Assembly (NCBI GenBank): GCA_030602565.1
Contig: JAUVZL010000007.1
Span: 761 to 64,760 of the forward strand
DNA length: 64,000 nt
Reading direction: 5' to 3'
Source: Candidatus Stahliibacteriota bacterium
GTDB lineage: Bacteria > Hydrothermota > Tepidihabitantia > SM23-42
Position 1 is the first letter of the stretch. Every line of letters begins with the position of its first letter. The notes under the pieces are model-generated. The model was not told the DNA's origin. It made no database searches and saw only the letters and a list, made by a program, of their open reading frames with translations. Positions 34,917 to 44,785 of this stretch are shown here, in pieces. The translations under genes were made by a program, and so were the position numbers.

Positions 34917-36871
34917 AACGCCGACCAGACTTCGAAAATTTCTATGTGTATGAAGGCAACAAGGTTGCTTATCTTGCTGCCCGGAAGATTATTGAGTTCC
35001 CAGGTGAACTCTTCAATCCATTATATGTATACGCCAATACTGGTTTGGGTAAGACTCATATCTTGTTAGCAGTACAAGCTGAATTGAACAAGAAATCCAC
35101 GACGAAGTTTTTCTCCGCCAAAGAATTCGAAAAAGCCCTGGATGAAACAAAAGTCTTTGACTGTTCGATTATTGTCGATGACCTACATGCGATATCAGAT
35201 ACATATCATGATGCACTTCTCGGAGTTATTGATACAGCATTAGCGAACAACCGACAGGTGTGCTTCTCTGGTAACGCGGCACCCCGGGATTTGAAGAATT
35301 TTGATCACCACCTAGTTTCCCGACTTGAAGGTGGTCTTATCTGCGACATATTACCGCCAAAGGAGATGGCACTCATCGATATGATCAAGAAGAAATCTGG
35401 TGAAGCCGGGGTTCTTTTGCCAGACGAGGTTGCCTTGGAACTTGCTCAGATATCGATTGGTTCAATACGCACGATAGAGGGCATGATCAATCGCATAGTT
35501 GCCTATTCATCGCTCGGAAACCTATCACTCGACCCTAACAGCGTTCGCATGATTTTGAAGGAGTTTTATCCCAAGGGTATTTATAGTCCAGTTTCTTCAC
35601 TCCTTGAGGAATTGAAGAAGAACGCGAGTGAAGTATTGGCTGATGTGTCAGAAAAACTCGATGTGCGCGAAGAGTACAAGGAGAAGATATACATCTGGAA
35701 GATGAAGGGGTTTGATACTACCGTTCTTAAACCTTTGCTGGAAGGCGACGTTGAAAAACTAAAAAAAACATATGATGAATTCATCAAGAAGGTGGAAAGG
35801 CTTATTGAACTCCAGAAGGAATTCGGTTCACTTAACACGAGCAATTTTCCTGACGAAGCCATGAAGATTGAATCGATGTTATTTTCTCCAGAACACGTCG
35901 ATGACATCGAAGAACTCATCGCGAAAATAAAACAGGTGGTTCGGGTTGCTCAAGCAAAGAGAGCATTTGAGGACTACCTGATTGGTGCGTGCAACAAGGA
36001 TGCATATGACCTGTACAAAGAGCAGGTCGTCAAGAATTTAGGGGAGAAATTTAATCCCTTTATGGTATTTGGTAAAGAAGGGACCGGTCGAACGAGGTTC
36101 TTGAAAGAAGTAAGGATTGATCTGGAATCAGTAGATAAGGTGGTTTGCTTTGTTGATCTTGACGTTGAAGATGCGGTACACCAGCTTGAGAAGACGAACA
36201 GCTTTGATGTTCTGATAATGGACAACTTCCATAATATTTTTTCTTATAACAAGGAACTTCGCAAGAAAGTATTTGATATTGTGAGAAATTTCCTTGGTTC
36301 TGGGAAGGCAGTAATATTCAGTTCAGCTACATTCTCTTCGGATGTAGTGCTGGAAGAAGACGAAAAATCGATTTTCGAACTCGGTATCGAGGTCGAGTTG
36401 AAAGAACCGAGCTCTGACGTAGTTGAGTCTTATATCAAGACAAAGCTGGAGCCTGATAAGGCTGAATCTTTGATTGGCAAAGGGTTGCCAGAATTTGCTG
36501 CTTTCTCCAAGATAGACGATTTTATCAGTGATATGGCAAAGGAAGGTATTGCTTCAGTTGCCGCGGTGCCTGTCAGCGAGGTATTTGAACGAACCGAAGC
36601 ACCTGCCGAGCAGGAAGTAGTGCCATTGGGTCTGCTCGGAGAGACAATTGAAGCAGGCGAGGTCGCCAGTGAAGAAACATCGGTTGTATCATTAGGTCTG
36701 CCTGGGGAAGAAGCAATCAGCAAACAAGAGGTTGAGGAAGAAAGACCACCAGAAAAACTAAAGGAAAAAACCGAGCCTCCAGTTGTTAAAGGCGAGCCAC
36801 TCAAGGAAATCAAAGAAGAAAGGTTTATAGTAAAAGAAATACGTGGTGAGTTGATTGAAGATAATTATTAA
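34913..36871 (+). CDS. protein with two tandem DnaA/Hda-like AAA+ modules and acidic Pro/Glu-rich C-terminal tail (no DnaA DNA-binding domain IV)
   Basis: module 1: NPLYVYANTGLGKTHILLA, IIVDDLHAI, SRLEGGL, IRTIEGMINRIVAY (DnaA boxes); module 2: NPFMVFGKEGTGRTRFL, VLIMDNFHNIF (degenerate Walker A). Confidence 0.55.
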   Translation: MKRRPDFENFYVYEGNKVAYLAARKIIEFPGELFNPLYVYANTGLGKTHILLAVQAELNKKSTTKFFSAKEFEKALDETKVFDCSIIVDDLHAISDTYHDALLGVIDTALANNRQVCFSGNAAPRDLKNFDHHLVSRLEGGLICDILPPKEMALIDMIKKKSGEAGVLLPDEVALELAQISIGSIRTIEGMINRIVAYSSLGNLSLDPNSVRMILKEFYPKGIYSPVSSLLEELKKNASEVLADVSEKLDVREEYKEKIYIWKMKGFDTTVLKPLLEGDVEKLKKTYDEFIKKVERLIELQKEFGSLNTSNFPDEAMKIESMLFSPEHVDDIEELIAKIKQVVRVAQAKRAFEDYLIGACNKDAYDLYKEQVVKNLGEKFNPFMVFGKEGTGRTRFLKEVRIDLESVDKVVCFVDLDVEDAVHQLEKTNSFDVLIMDNFHNIFSYNKELRKKVFDIVRNFLGSGKAVIFSSATFSSDVVLEEDEKSIFELGIEVELKEPSSDVVESYIKTKLEPDKAESLIGKGLPEFAAFSKIDDFISDMAKEGIASVAAVPVSEVFERTEAPAEQEVVPLGLLGETIEAGEVASEETSVVSLGLPGEEAISKQEVEEERPPEKLKEKTEPPVVKGEPLKEIKEERFIVKEIRGELIEDNY

Positions 36872-36885
36872 TAAGAGGGCAGTAA

Positions 36886-38475
36886 ATGGCAATTAAGGGA
36901 TCTTTGGCTGAGGCATCTTTGCCAGACGTTATTCAGCTGCTAACATATTCTGGTAAATCTGGTTGTCTGTCGGTGACCGACGGTCGAAACTTCGGCAATG
37001 TTTTTATCAAAGACGGCAGAATCATTTATGCCACAATATTGAACAAGAAACAGCGACTCGGCGACATTCTTTTGATGAAGAGCATAATTGATAATGAAAC
37101 CTTGTCGCGTGCCCTGGAAATACAGAAAACAGCTAAGAAAAAGAGACTGGGCGAAATATTCATTGAAATCGGCGCTTTGACAAAAGATGTATTAGAGAAA
37201 GAACTCAAGGGGCAGATCGAGCAAACGATTTTCACCATGTTGACGTGGGAAACCGGGTATTTCAATTTTGAGGCTGATCTGCTACCATCACATGAGGAAT
37301 ATACAGTACAGCTGTCAGCTCAAGAACTTCTGCTTGAAGGAGCAAGACGAATAGACGAATGGCGGCAAATTGAAAACAAGATACCGTCTTTTGAAACCGT
37401 GCTAGTTCACAAAGGAGATAGCGCAGACATACCACTGACCACTGAGGAGAAGCAGATCATTGAGTTGATTGATGGCGCGCGGAGTATTGACGATGTCTTG
37501 AAGTTGTCGAAGTTTGATTTCTTTGAGACATGCCGAACAATCTATGGATTACTTTCTGCTGGTTTATTGGAGAAACCTGAGAAACTCTTGAGGAGCAAGA
37601 AGACAACAGGGGACGTATCAGAATATAAGAACCTCGGGTTTGCTTTTTACAAAACGGAGATGTTTGACGAGGCTGAACGGGAATATAAAAAGGTTCTCGA
37701 TATTGATGACAAGAACGCGGAAGCACTATTCTATCTCGGACTTATTGAATTAACTCATGGTAGCTTTACCGACGCGCGAGACAATTTATTGAAAGCACTA
37801 GCTCAAGACAATCGGGCATCAGTGCTCACTAATTTGGGTTATGTCTACCTGAAGTTGGAATTGTATGATGAAGCAGTAGATTATCTGAATCAAGGGGTCG
37901 GGCTCGCACCAGATAACATGAGAGTAAAAACCAACCTGGCGATTGCCTTCTATGAAAAGGACGATTTTGATAAAGCCGCTGAGATTTTTAGGGAAATTAT
38001 TGATAAATCACCGGAAATTATAAGCCCATATATTTACTTACCGTTAGTTCATTTGAAGCAGGGGGATAGTGGGGCATCAGCCAAATTGCTGAATGATGCG
38101 ATCGACCGATTCCCCAGATTCTCGATTTTTAAGAACAACCTTGCGGTGCTCTACGAAAGCACTGATCGACCCGAAGATGCCGAGAAGCTCTATAGGCAAG
38201 CGCTTGAAACAGATCTTGGAGACAACGTGGTGTGCCGAAATCTTGCTGATTTTTATTACGAAGCTCAGATTTTAGGTGCGGCGAAAGAATTGTATGAGAA
38301 GATCCTTGATGAAAACAAAGATTGGCAGATTTTATTCAAGCTGGGTAATATTTCATTACGCCAGGGCGATGCGGAAAATGCGCTGAGTTTTTGGGAACGA
38401 GCTCAGCAACTGAATCCGTCAGAAGAGATTATTGCACGTAACATCGAAGTGTTGAAGAAGTCGGGTGGAAAATAG
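36886..38475 (+). CDS. DUF4388/PATAN-like N-terminal domain protein with C-terminal TPR repeats
   Basis: N-terminus SLPDVIQLLTYSGKSGCLSV...GRIIYA matches DUF4388 consensus; TPR region from about residue 250. Confidence 0.6.
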   Translation: MAIKGSLAEASLPDVIQLLTYSGKSGCLSVTDGRNFGNVFIKDGRIIYATILNKKQRLGDILLMKSIIDNETLSRALEIQKTAKKKRLGEIFIEIGALTKDVLEKELKGQIEQTIFTMLTWETGYFNFEADLLPSHEEYTVQLSAQELLLEGARRIDEWRQIENKIPSFETVLVHKGDSADIPLTTEEKQIIELIDGARSIDDVLKLSKFDFFETCRTIYGLLSAGLLEKPEKLLRSKKTTGDVSEYKNLGFAFYKTEMFDEAEREYKKVLDIDDKNAEALFYLGLIELTHGSFTDARDNLLKALAQDNRASVLTNLGYVYLKLELYDEAVDYLNQGVGLAPDNMRVKTNLAIAFYEKDDFDKAAEIFREIIDKSPEIISPYIYLPLVHLKQGDSGASAKLLNDAIDRFPRFSIFKNNLAVLYESTDRPEDAEKLYRQALETDLGDNVVCRNLADFYYEAQILGAAKELYEKILDENKDWQILFKLGNISLRQGDAENALSFWERAQQLNPSEEIIARNIEVLKKSGGK

Positions 38476-39259
38476 CTTTCAGAACCTAATCAGGTACATT
38501 GAACAGAAAACCCCGTTCAGATGTCAGAGTTATAAAGAAAAGCCACTCAAGAGACGTCTCAGAGTCAGAATGAGGGTTCTGAATATCAAAGATTTTGCAA
38601 AATATGAAACATACTTGAGAGACGATGACACTGAGCTGAAGAAATTAGTGGAAACGCTGACTATAAATCTGTCGTATTTCTTCCGAAACCCTGAAACTTT
38701 TTTCTTTTTGAAAGACTACATATTTCCAGTATTTAAAAGAAAAAAAGACGACCTTGTTTTCTGGAGCGCTGGATGTGCACAAGGTGAGGAACCGTATTCT
38801 CTTGCAATTATGGCGGCGGAGAGTAGGATGCTCGATAACGTGAAGATATTTGGTACTGATATAGACAGCAGGGTGTTGGATGTCGCACACCAGGGGTTGT
38901 ATTCAGACATTGCCTTTCAGTATACTCCAGACGATCTGCAGAAGAAATATTTCAAACGTGTTTCTGGTGGTCATTTGATCGATACCAGGTTGAGAGAGCG
39001 GGTTAGTTTTTTAAATGTTGATCTCTTTGCAACCCCTCCTTTCGGACCATGTGATTTGATAATGTGCCGAAATGTGATGATCTATCTTGACCGAAATGCC
39101 CAATCAACTATCCTTAAGAATTTCTACGATCATTTGAACCCTGATGGCTACTTGGTGATCGGTAAAGTGGAGTTGCTGATAGGCATCCCTGAGGTAGAGT
39201 TGTTCAACACAGTAAGCCGAGTTGAACACGTCTACCAGAGAAAAGAAATGCCTTTATAA
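38465..39259 (+). CDS. cheR: chemotaxis protein methyltransferase CheR
   Basis: FFRNPETF, WSAGCAQGEEPYSLAI, GTDIDSRVL motifs. Confidence 0.8.
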   Translation: MENSFQNLIRYIEQKTPFRCQSYKEKPLKRRLRVRMRVLNIKDFAKYETYLRDDDTELKKLVETLTINLSYFFRNPETFFFLKDYIFPVFKRKKDDLVFWSAGCAQGEEPYSLAIMAAESRMLDNVKIFGTDIDSRVLDVAHQGLYSDIAFQYTPDDLQKKYFKRVSGGHLIDTRLRERVSFLNVDLFATPPFGPCDLIMCRNVMIYLDRNAQSTILKNFYDHLNPDGYLVIGKVELLIGIPEVELFNTVSRVEHVYQRKEMPL

Positions 39260-39301
39260 GACAACTGGGAAAAGGATAGTGCAGGTTAGCTATTCGCAGA
39301 G

Positions 39302-39760
39302 ATGAACGAACAAAAGGTTGGTATCGGTGAAGTTCGGGTTGAACAAGGTAAGGTTAAACTCCTTGCTTTTGGCGTTGGTTCTTGTATTGTGATAATACTT
39401 TATGACGAAACGAAGAAAATTGGCGGACTTGCCCATTGCCTTTTACCGTTTGGCAGCGATATGAGTCTAAAATATCCGCGTGATGCGATAGCCGAAATGC
39501 TCAGACAGATGTCTCAAAAAGGGGCATCTAAAGGTCAGGTCATCGCCAAGATAGTGGGTGGTGCTACAATGTTCGAAGGTTTTGAACGACATGCAATTGG
39601 TAAGCGTAACGTAGTCAAAACCAGGGAGGAACTGAACAGCGTCGACATCCCAATAATTGCTGAAGACGTATTTGGTAACTGGGGTAGATCGATTTCATTC
39701 AATATTGATAATGGTGAAGTCAAGGTGAGGTCGTACCGACACGGTGAGAAAATTCTATGA
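39302..39760 (+). CDS. cheD: chemoreceptor glutamine deamidase CheD
   Basis: LLAFGVGSCIVIILYD...GGLAHCLLP pattern. Confidence 0.8.
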   Translation: MNEQKVGIGEVRVEQGKVKLLAFGVGSCIVIILYDETKKIGGLAHCLLPFGSDMSLKYPRDAIAEMLRQMSQKGASKGQVIAKIVGGATMFEGFERHAIGKRNVVKTREELNSVDIPIIAEDVFGNWGRSISFNIDNGEVKVRSYRHGEKIL

Positions 39761-39792
39761 AGATAATAGTCCGCAAAGCGAGGCGTGGTCCG

Positions 39793-40811
39793 TGAAGAAG
39801 AAAGTCCTCATTGTCGAAGATTCAATTTTAATGCAAAGGGTTATTGGCGACATTATTAGTTCGTCTGGCGATTTTGAGGTTTGCGGTTATGCCCGTGATA
39901 TAGTTGAAGGATGGGCGAAATTCAACAAGCGGCAGCCTGACCTCGTTACCCTCGATTATGAGCTGCCTGGTGAGAATGGTTTGGTATTACTGAGTAAGAT
40001 CATGAATTCAAAGCCAACACCTGTTCTAATGCTATCAGCACACACTAAAGACGGCGCTGAGTTGACGATCCGTTCATTAGAAATGGGGGCAGTGGATTTC
40101 TTCACAAAACCATCGGGTACTATTTCTATTGATTTATATAACTATAAGATGGACTTGATAGATAAACTGCAGATCGCGAGTCAAGCAAGGCTTCCCGAGG
40201 TCCTGGAGGGTAAGGTTCGGAAGAAAATATCGATATTCCGCGAGCTCTATGTTGGTATCGCTGCATCGACCGGCGGTGTGCGCGCGCTCAACTATATCAT
40301 CCCTTCGTTTCCGGCAAAGTGTGGTTTACGAATTATTGTGGTGCAGCATATGCCAAGGTATTTTACTGCCAGCCTTGCCTTGCACATGAATGAGCGAGCC
40401 AGTATGGTCGTCAGAGAAGCAGAAGATGGTGATCCAATCTCGGATGGAGAAGTTCTTGTTGCACCGGGTGGCCATCACATAAAGGTCGATGATGCCGGCA
40501 CCAAAGTTGTGCTGAGTGACGAGCCAGCAAGACACGGCGTTAAGCCATCGGCAGATATTTTATTTGAATCTATGGCAACCGTTTACAAAGATGCCGCAGT
40601 CGGTATTGTTTTGACTGGGATGGGACGTGACGGCGCCGCTGGCATAAAGGTAATCAAGAGACACGGTGGTGTTGTTATTGCTCAAGACCCGGATGACGCG
40701 ATTATCGGAGGGATGCCGCAATCAGCGATAAACACCGGTGTGGTCGATTATGTTCTGCCATTGAATTTAATCCCAGACAAGATTTTTGAGTATGTTGCGA
40801 AAAAGATATGA
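39793..40811 (+). CDS. cheB: protein-glutamate methylesterase/response regulator CheB
   Basis: receiver KVLIVEDS..D..LPG; methylesterase GASTGG, HMP motifs; GTG start chosen downstream of cheD stop. Confidence 0.8.
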
Positions 40812-41698
40812 AACAAGGGAATAAAGATCTACAGGAGCGGCTTACAGCACTGGAACATAGAGTCAAACACTTCAAACCTGAAGATGACAAAGCGATAAGG
40901 GACGAAATAAAAAAGATATACGTCGACATTGCGAATGGCCTTAAGATACTCACCGAAGCCCAGGAAAAAATAAGAAGCATTGCCCATGAGTTTAAGAAAA
41001 GTAAAACAACTTATACTGAAGTTGGTAAATTCTATTCTTTTGTGAAATCACAGACATCAGCTGAATTGGACCTGGCTACCTTGCTTGACCGCGCTTGGAA
41101 CCTCATAGTCATGGAGGACTTGGATGAAGCAATAAAGGTGCTTAAGAGAGTTCTTGATATTGAGCCAAAAAACATAAAAGGATTAGGTTTTATGTGCTTA
41201 GCTTTGATGGACAAGGATCAATATGATGATGCCATGATGCACCTACAAAAGGTTTTGGTTAATGAACCTGACAACCCTTTTGCGCTCAACAACCTTGGCT
41301 ATATATGCTATAAAAAAGGCATATGGGGTGAAGCAATAGAACATCTGGGTAAAGCCGCAAAGCAAACAAAAGATCGAATGGCGTCTCTGTATGCCAACTA
41401 CTACTTGGGTCTGGTCTATTACGAGCGGTCAATGCTCGACGATGCAGTAAGATTCTTCAAGAAGGCGCTCAAACTTGGGCCAAATTTACAGGAAGCTTAT
41501 TACTATCTGGGTTTGGCTGAGGTGAAGCGCTATGAGTTCAAGAATGCGATTGGCTATTTCGAGAAGTGTGTTCTTATCGACCGCCGGTCAAAATACAGCA
41601 AGCTCAGCAAGGCTGAATGCGATAAAATCAGACCCCTGATTGATACCCGCAAGAAACTGAAGGATTTAAGTAGCCGGCAATCAAATGACGATGAGTAG
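40808..41698 (+). CDS. TPR-repeat protein
   Basis: several 34-aa TPR units (ALNNLGYICYKKG etc.). Confidence 0.6.
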   Translation: MKQGNKDLQERLTALEHRVKHFKPEDDKAIRDEIKKIYVDIANGLKILTEAQEKIRSIAHEFKKSKTTYTEVGKFYSFVKSQTSAELDLATLLDRAWNLIVMEDLDEAIKVLKRVLDIEPKNIKGLGFMCLALMDKDQYDDAMMHLQKVLVNEPDNPFALNNLGYICYKKGIWGEAIEHLGKAAKQTKDRMASLYANYYLGLVYYERSMLDDAVRFFKKALKLGPNLQEAYYYLGLAEVKRYEFKNAIGYFEKCVLIDRRSKYSKLSKAECDKIRPLIDTRKKLKDLSSRQSNDDE

Positions 41699-42488
41699 AA
41701 TGATACAAAAGCGTGAACTCAAACGCTGTTTAGGTGATATCATCGATCTAGCGATAAAAGTAGGTGCCTACATATTCAAGAGTGCTGAGAAAAAGAAGCA
41801 GCTTCGTTACAAGGGAGAAATTGATATTGTGACGCAATTCGACAAAAAATCACAGGATATGATTGTTGCGGAACTGGCAAAGAAATATCCACGATATGGT
41901 ATCCTTAGTGAAGAGGGGATAAGGTGTAATGCCGATGCTTTGCTAAAGTGGATAATCGATCCCCTGGATGGTACAACGAATTTTGCTCACGGATTACCGA
42001 TCTGGACAATTTCCATTGCCCTGGAAGTAGAAGGAGATATTTTACTCGGTGTTGTCTATGACCCGACGCGTCAGGAAATGTTTTTTGCAATCAAAGGTAA
42101 TGGTGCATTCAGGGATCGGAAGAGAATAAAAGTGTCAGGTGTTCGGAAGTTAGACCGTGCCCTCCTTGTTACTGGTTTTCCTTACGACATAAGAACGTCA
42201 AGTGAAAACAACTTGAGTCACTTTGCCGATTTTGCGGTACGTGCCCAGGCCGTGAGGCGTTTGGGCTCTGCTGCATTAGATCTGTGCTACACTGCGTGCG
42301 GTAGATTCGACGGTTATTGGGAACTTAAACTTTCACCATGGGATCAAGCAGCAGGTTCGTTGATTCTCAAGGAGGCAGGTGGTAGAATTACTGATTTCAA
42401 GGGTAACAAATTTGATATCTATGGCGACGAAGTCCTTGGAACAAACCGTCTAATTCACCATCAAATGATGAAAGTGTTGAGATTGTAG
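41685..42488 (+). CDS. inositol monophosphatase family protein (SuhB-like)
   Basis: LSEEG, WIIDPLDGTTNF, WDQAAG motifs. Confidence 0.8.
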   Translation: MTMSRMIQKRELKRCLGDIIDLAIKVGAYIFKSAEKKKQLRYKGEIDIVTQFDKKSQDMIVAELAKKYPRYGILSEEGIRCNADALLKWIIDPLDGTTNFAHGLPIWTISIALEVEGDILLGVVYDPTRQEMFFAIKGNGAFRDRKRIKVSGVRKLDRALLVTGFPYDIRTSSENNLSHFADFAVRAQAVRRLGSAALDLCYTACGRFDGYWELKLSPWDQAAGSLILKEAGGRITDFKGNKFDIYGDEVLGTNRLIHHQMMKVLRL

Positions 42489-42501
42489 CTTGTTTGATCT
42501 T

Positions 42502-43761
42502 TTAAAATGCATAGCTGAACACTAACCCTGCAGCATATTGCCGTCCGGTAAGAAAATAACCATCATAAATTTGTTCTGTTTCATCAGTTGCATTGTGCAC
42601 GGTTAGAAACACCTTGAATATCTTGTACCTACAAGCGACACTTGGGTTTATCATAAACAACGGGGCTAGGTCATTCACTACTCCATCTCGCGCCGCATAA
42701 TGTACTGCTTCCGCCGCGATCACGATGGGGCCTACCCCTATACTTATCGTATCACACGCGGTATGTCGGGGGACAAAGGCGATTATTGTATCCGACCAAT
42801 TATAAGTAACACACAAGGAGTTTTCAAAATGCATATTTCTGTATGTGAAATCGTCTTTTATTGTTACGCAGATATTTAATTCCTCAACATCCCCTTTTGT
42901 TTTTATAATAAAACCTTGGCCGGGTGCGAGTTTTTCGCGCCAACTATTATAAGACCCGATAATTTGAAAGCTATGGTGATAAAGATCTAGTTTGAGATCA
43001 AGAGCAATACCGGTTTTGAGACTTTCACTGGGCATCGATATTCTGTATTGAAGCGGCAGTGCTGGATCGAACTTCTGTTTTAGCGTCCGTATCAAAGGAC
43101 CAGTCCTGAAGCTTGCGCCGACTTTCAATCTTGGATTGAGGTATTGTATGTTGAGTGTCGGTGATGGGAAGCCTTGAGATAACCGCGAACCGACCGAGAG
43201 ATGGAGGTTACTTATGTGTAATTTGCCAGTCAGGTTCGGTTCGAGTTTTTTCCCTGAATAAATACCCCTGATTTCAAAATGAGGCAGGTAGATAACACGA
43301 TCAAAGATAAGGTTTACAGCAGCAGTGTATTCTTGGTAATTCAGGCTATTGATCTGCCACAAATCAGCGTTGGTGGTAGCCAGGATGATTGCCCACGGTA
43401 GGTTCACTGCCATATCAAGGTTAGGGCAGAGCAAGCGGTATTCATCATCCCTTTTATGGAAAAGGCCGTTAACTGATGGTTTCAGAAAGAGATGGGCTAG
43501 TGGTATTGAGTAGGAAAGTGAACCACTTGCGCTTATTATTGAATCCCAATCCTCACGTTGATCGTACAAGGCAGAAAGCTTGAAATTCTTGAACACAATA
43601 TCACACAAACCGCCAAAATACTGACCTCCATAAGAACCGAGCTCGACACTTTTCTCGGCTGGTTCTAACCACAGGTGCGGTTCTGGAAATATTACCTGGG
43701 ATAGGTCAGGGATCGGCGGCAGTGAATCAACGCTGACAAGGAACAATAGGAGTCCTATCAT
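42502..43761 (-). CDS. outer-membrane beta-barrel-like hypothetical protein
   Basis: signal peptide; alternating-hydrophobic strands; C-terminal ...FSYAF. Confidence 0.4.
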   Translation of the reverse strand: MIGLLLFLVSVDSLPPIPDLSQVIFPEPHLWLEPAEKSVELGSYGGQYFGGLCDIVFKNFKLSALYDQREDWDSIISASGSLSYSIPLAHLFLKPSVNGLFHKRDDEYRLLCPNLDMAVNLPWAIILATTNADLWQINSLNYQEYTAAVNLIFDRVIYLPHFEIRGIYSGKKLEPNLTGKLHISNLHLSVGSRLSQGFPSPTLNIQYLNPRLKVGASFRTGPLIRTLKQKFDPALPLQYRISMPSESLKTGIALDLKLDLYHHSFQIIGSYNSWREKLAPGQGFIIKTKGDVEELNICVTIKDDFTYRNMHFENSLCVTYNWSDTIIAFVPRHTACDTISIGVGPIVIAAEAVHYAARDGVVNDLAPLFMINPSVACRYKIFKVFLTVHNATDETEQIYDGYFLTGRQYAAGLVFSYAF

Positions 43762-44783
43762 AGATACTTGTTTAAACCACTATTCTTGAGTCTTTCTATT
43801 TTCGTTCGGTCTGGTCGTTCTATGATACCTTTCTCAGTTACTATGCCACTTATCAAATCAGCTGGTGTAATATCAAATGCGGGGTTGTAAATTCCTGCCC
43901 GGTCAGCAACGATTTTTTTATTATTGAATTTTCTTAGTTCGTCTTCAGAGCGCATTTCGATCGGTATATCAGCGCCTGTTTCGATACTGAAATCAAAAGT
44001 GGAGAGTGGTGCTGCAACATAGAATGGTACGTTATTATATCGGGCAATGATTGCCAAGCCGCGGGTGCCGATCTTATTGGCAGTATCCCCGTTTAACGCA
44101 ATGCAGTCTGCACCCACAATGGCCAGGTCCATCTCCGGCATATAAGTGGCAGCCATATTATCAGATATAACATAGGTCTTAATACGGTTCTTCGTGAGTT
44201 CCCAGGAAGTCAGTCGCGCCCCTTGCAATAGTGGTCTAGTTTCACAAGCATAGACAACCGGGTTCTTGTTCTGGCTTTCTGCCGTGTAGATAATACCGAG
44301 CGCCGTGCCAATACCGGCGGTAGCCAAGGCGCCAGCATTGCAGTGAACCATGATCTTAGCATGTGCCTTCACCAATTCACTGCCATATTGCCCGATGTAC
44401 TGACAAGCACTACGGTCTTCCTGCTCGATTGCCTGTGCTTCTTTCAAAAGCCCTTCAAACAGGTTTTTTGACTTGGCAGCAACATCTTTCATACGTTTGA
44501 TCGCCCAAGAAAGGTTAACTGCCGTAGGTCGGGCAGATTCTAAGTAGTCAGCTGCTTTGAGTATGCTCTCGAGCTCGTTTGAATGAGCTGTTAAGACAAT
44601 GCCATAGGCAGCGGCAATACCGATCAACGGAGCGCCGCGTAGCTTCATGCTTTTTATCGCCTCATATACATCGTCTACAGTTTTCAGGTGTTTATACATC
44701 TCTTTTTCAGGTAGCTGAGTTTGATCCAGGATGACTATTGTATTTGCAGTTTGCCTGTACTCAAGGGGTTTGAATCCCAGCAT
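43758..44783 (-). CDS. mtnA: S-methyl-5-thioribose-1-phosphate isomerase (eIF-2B alpha/beta/delta family)
   Basis: 341 aa full-length family match. Confidence 0.8.
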   Translation of the reverse strand: MLGFKPLEYRQTANTIVILDQTQLPEKEMYKHLKTVDDVYEAIKSMKLRGAPLIGIAAAYGIVLTAHSNELESILKAADYLESARPTAVNLSWAIKRMKDVAAKSKNLFEGLLKEAQAIEQEDRSACQYIGQYGSELVKAHAKIMVHCNAGALATAGIGTALGIIYTAESQNKNPVVYACETRPLLQGARLTSWELTKNRIKTYVISDNMAATYMPEMDLAIVGADCIALNGDTANKIGTRGLAIIARYNNVPFYVAAPLSTFDFSIETGADIPIEMRSEDELRKFNNKKIVADRAGIYNPAFDITPADLISGIVTEKGIIERPDRTKIERLKNSGLNKYL

Positions 44784-44785
44784 AG

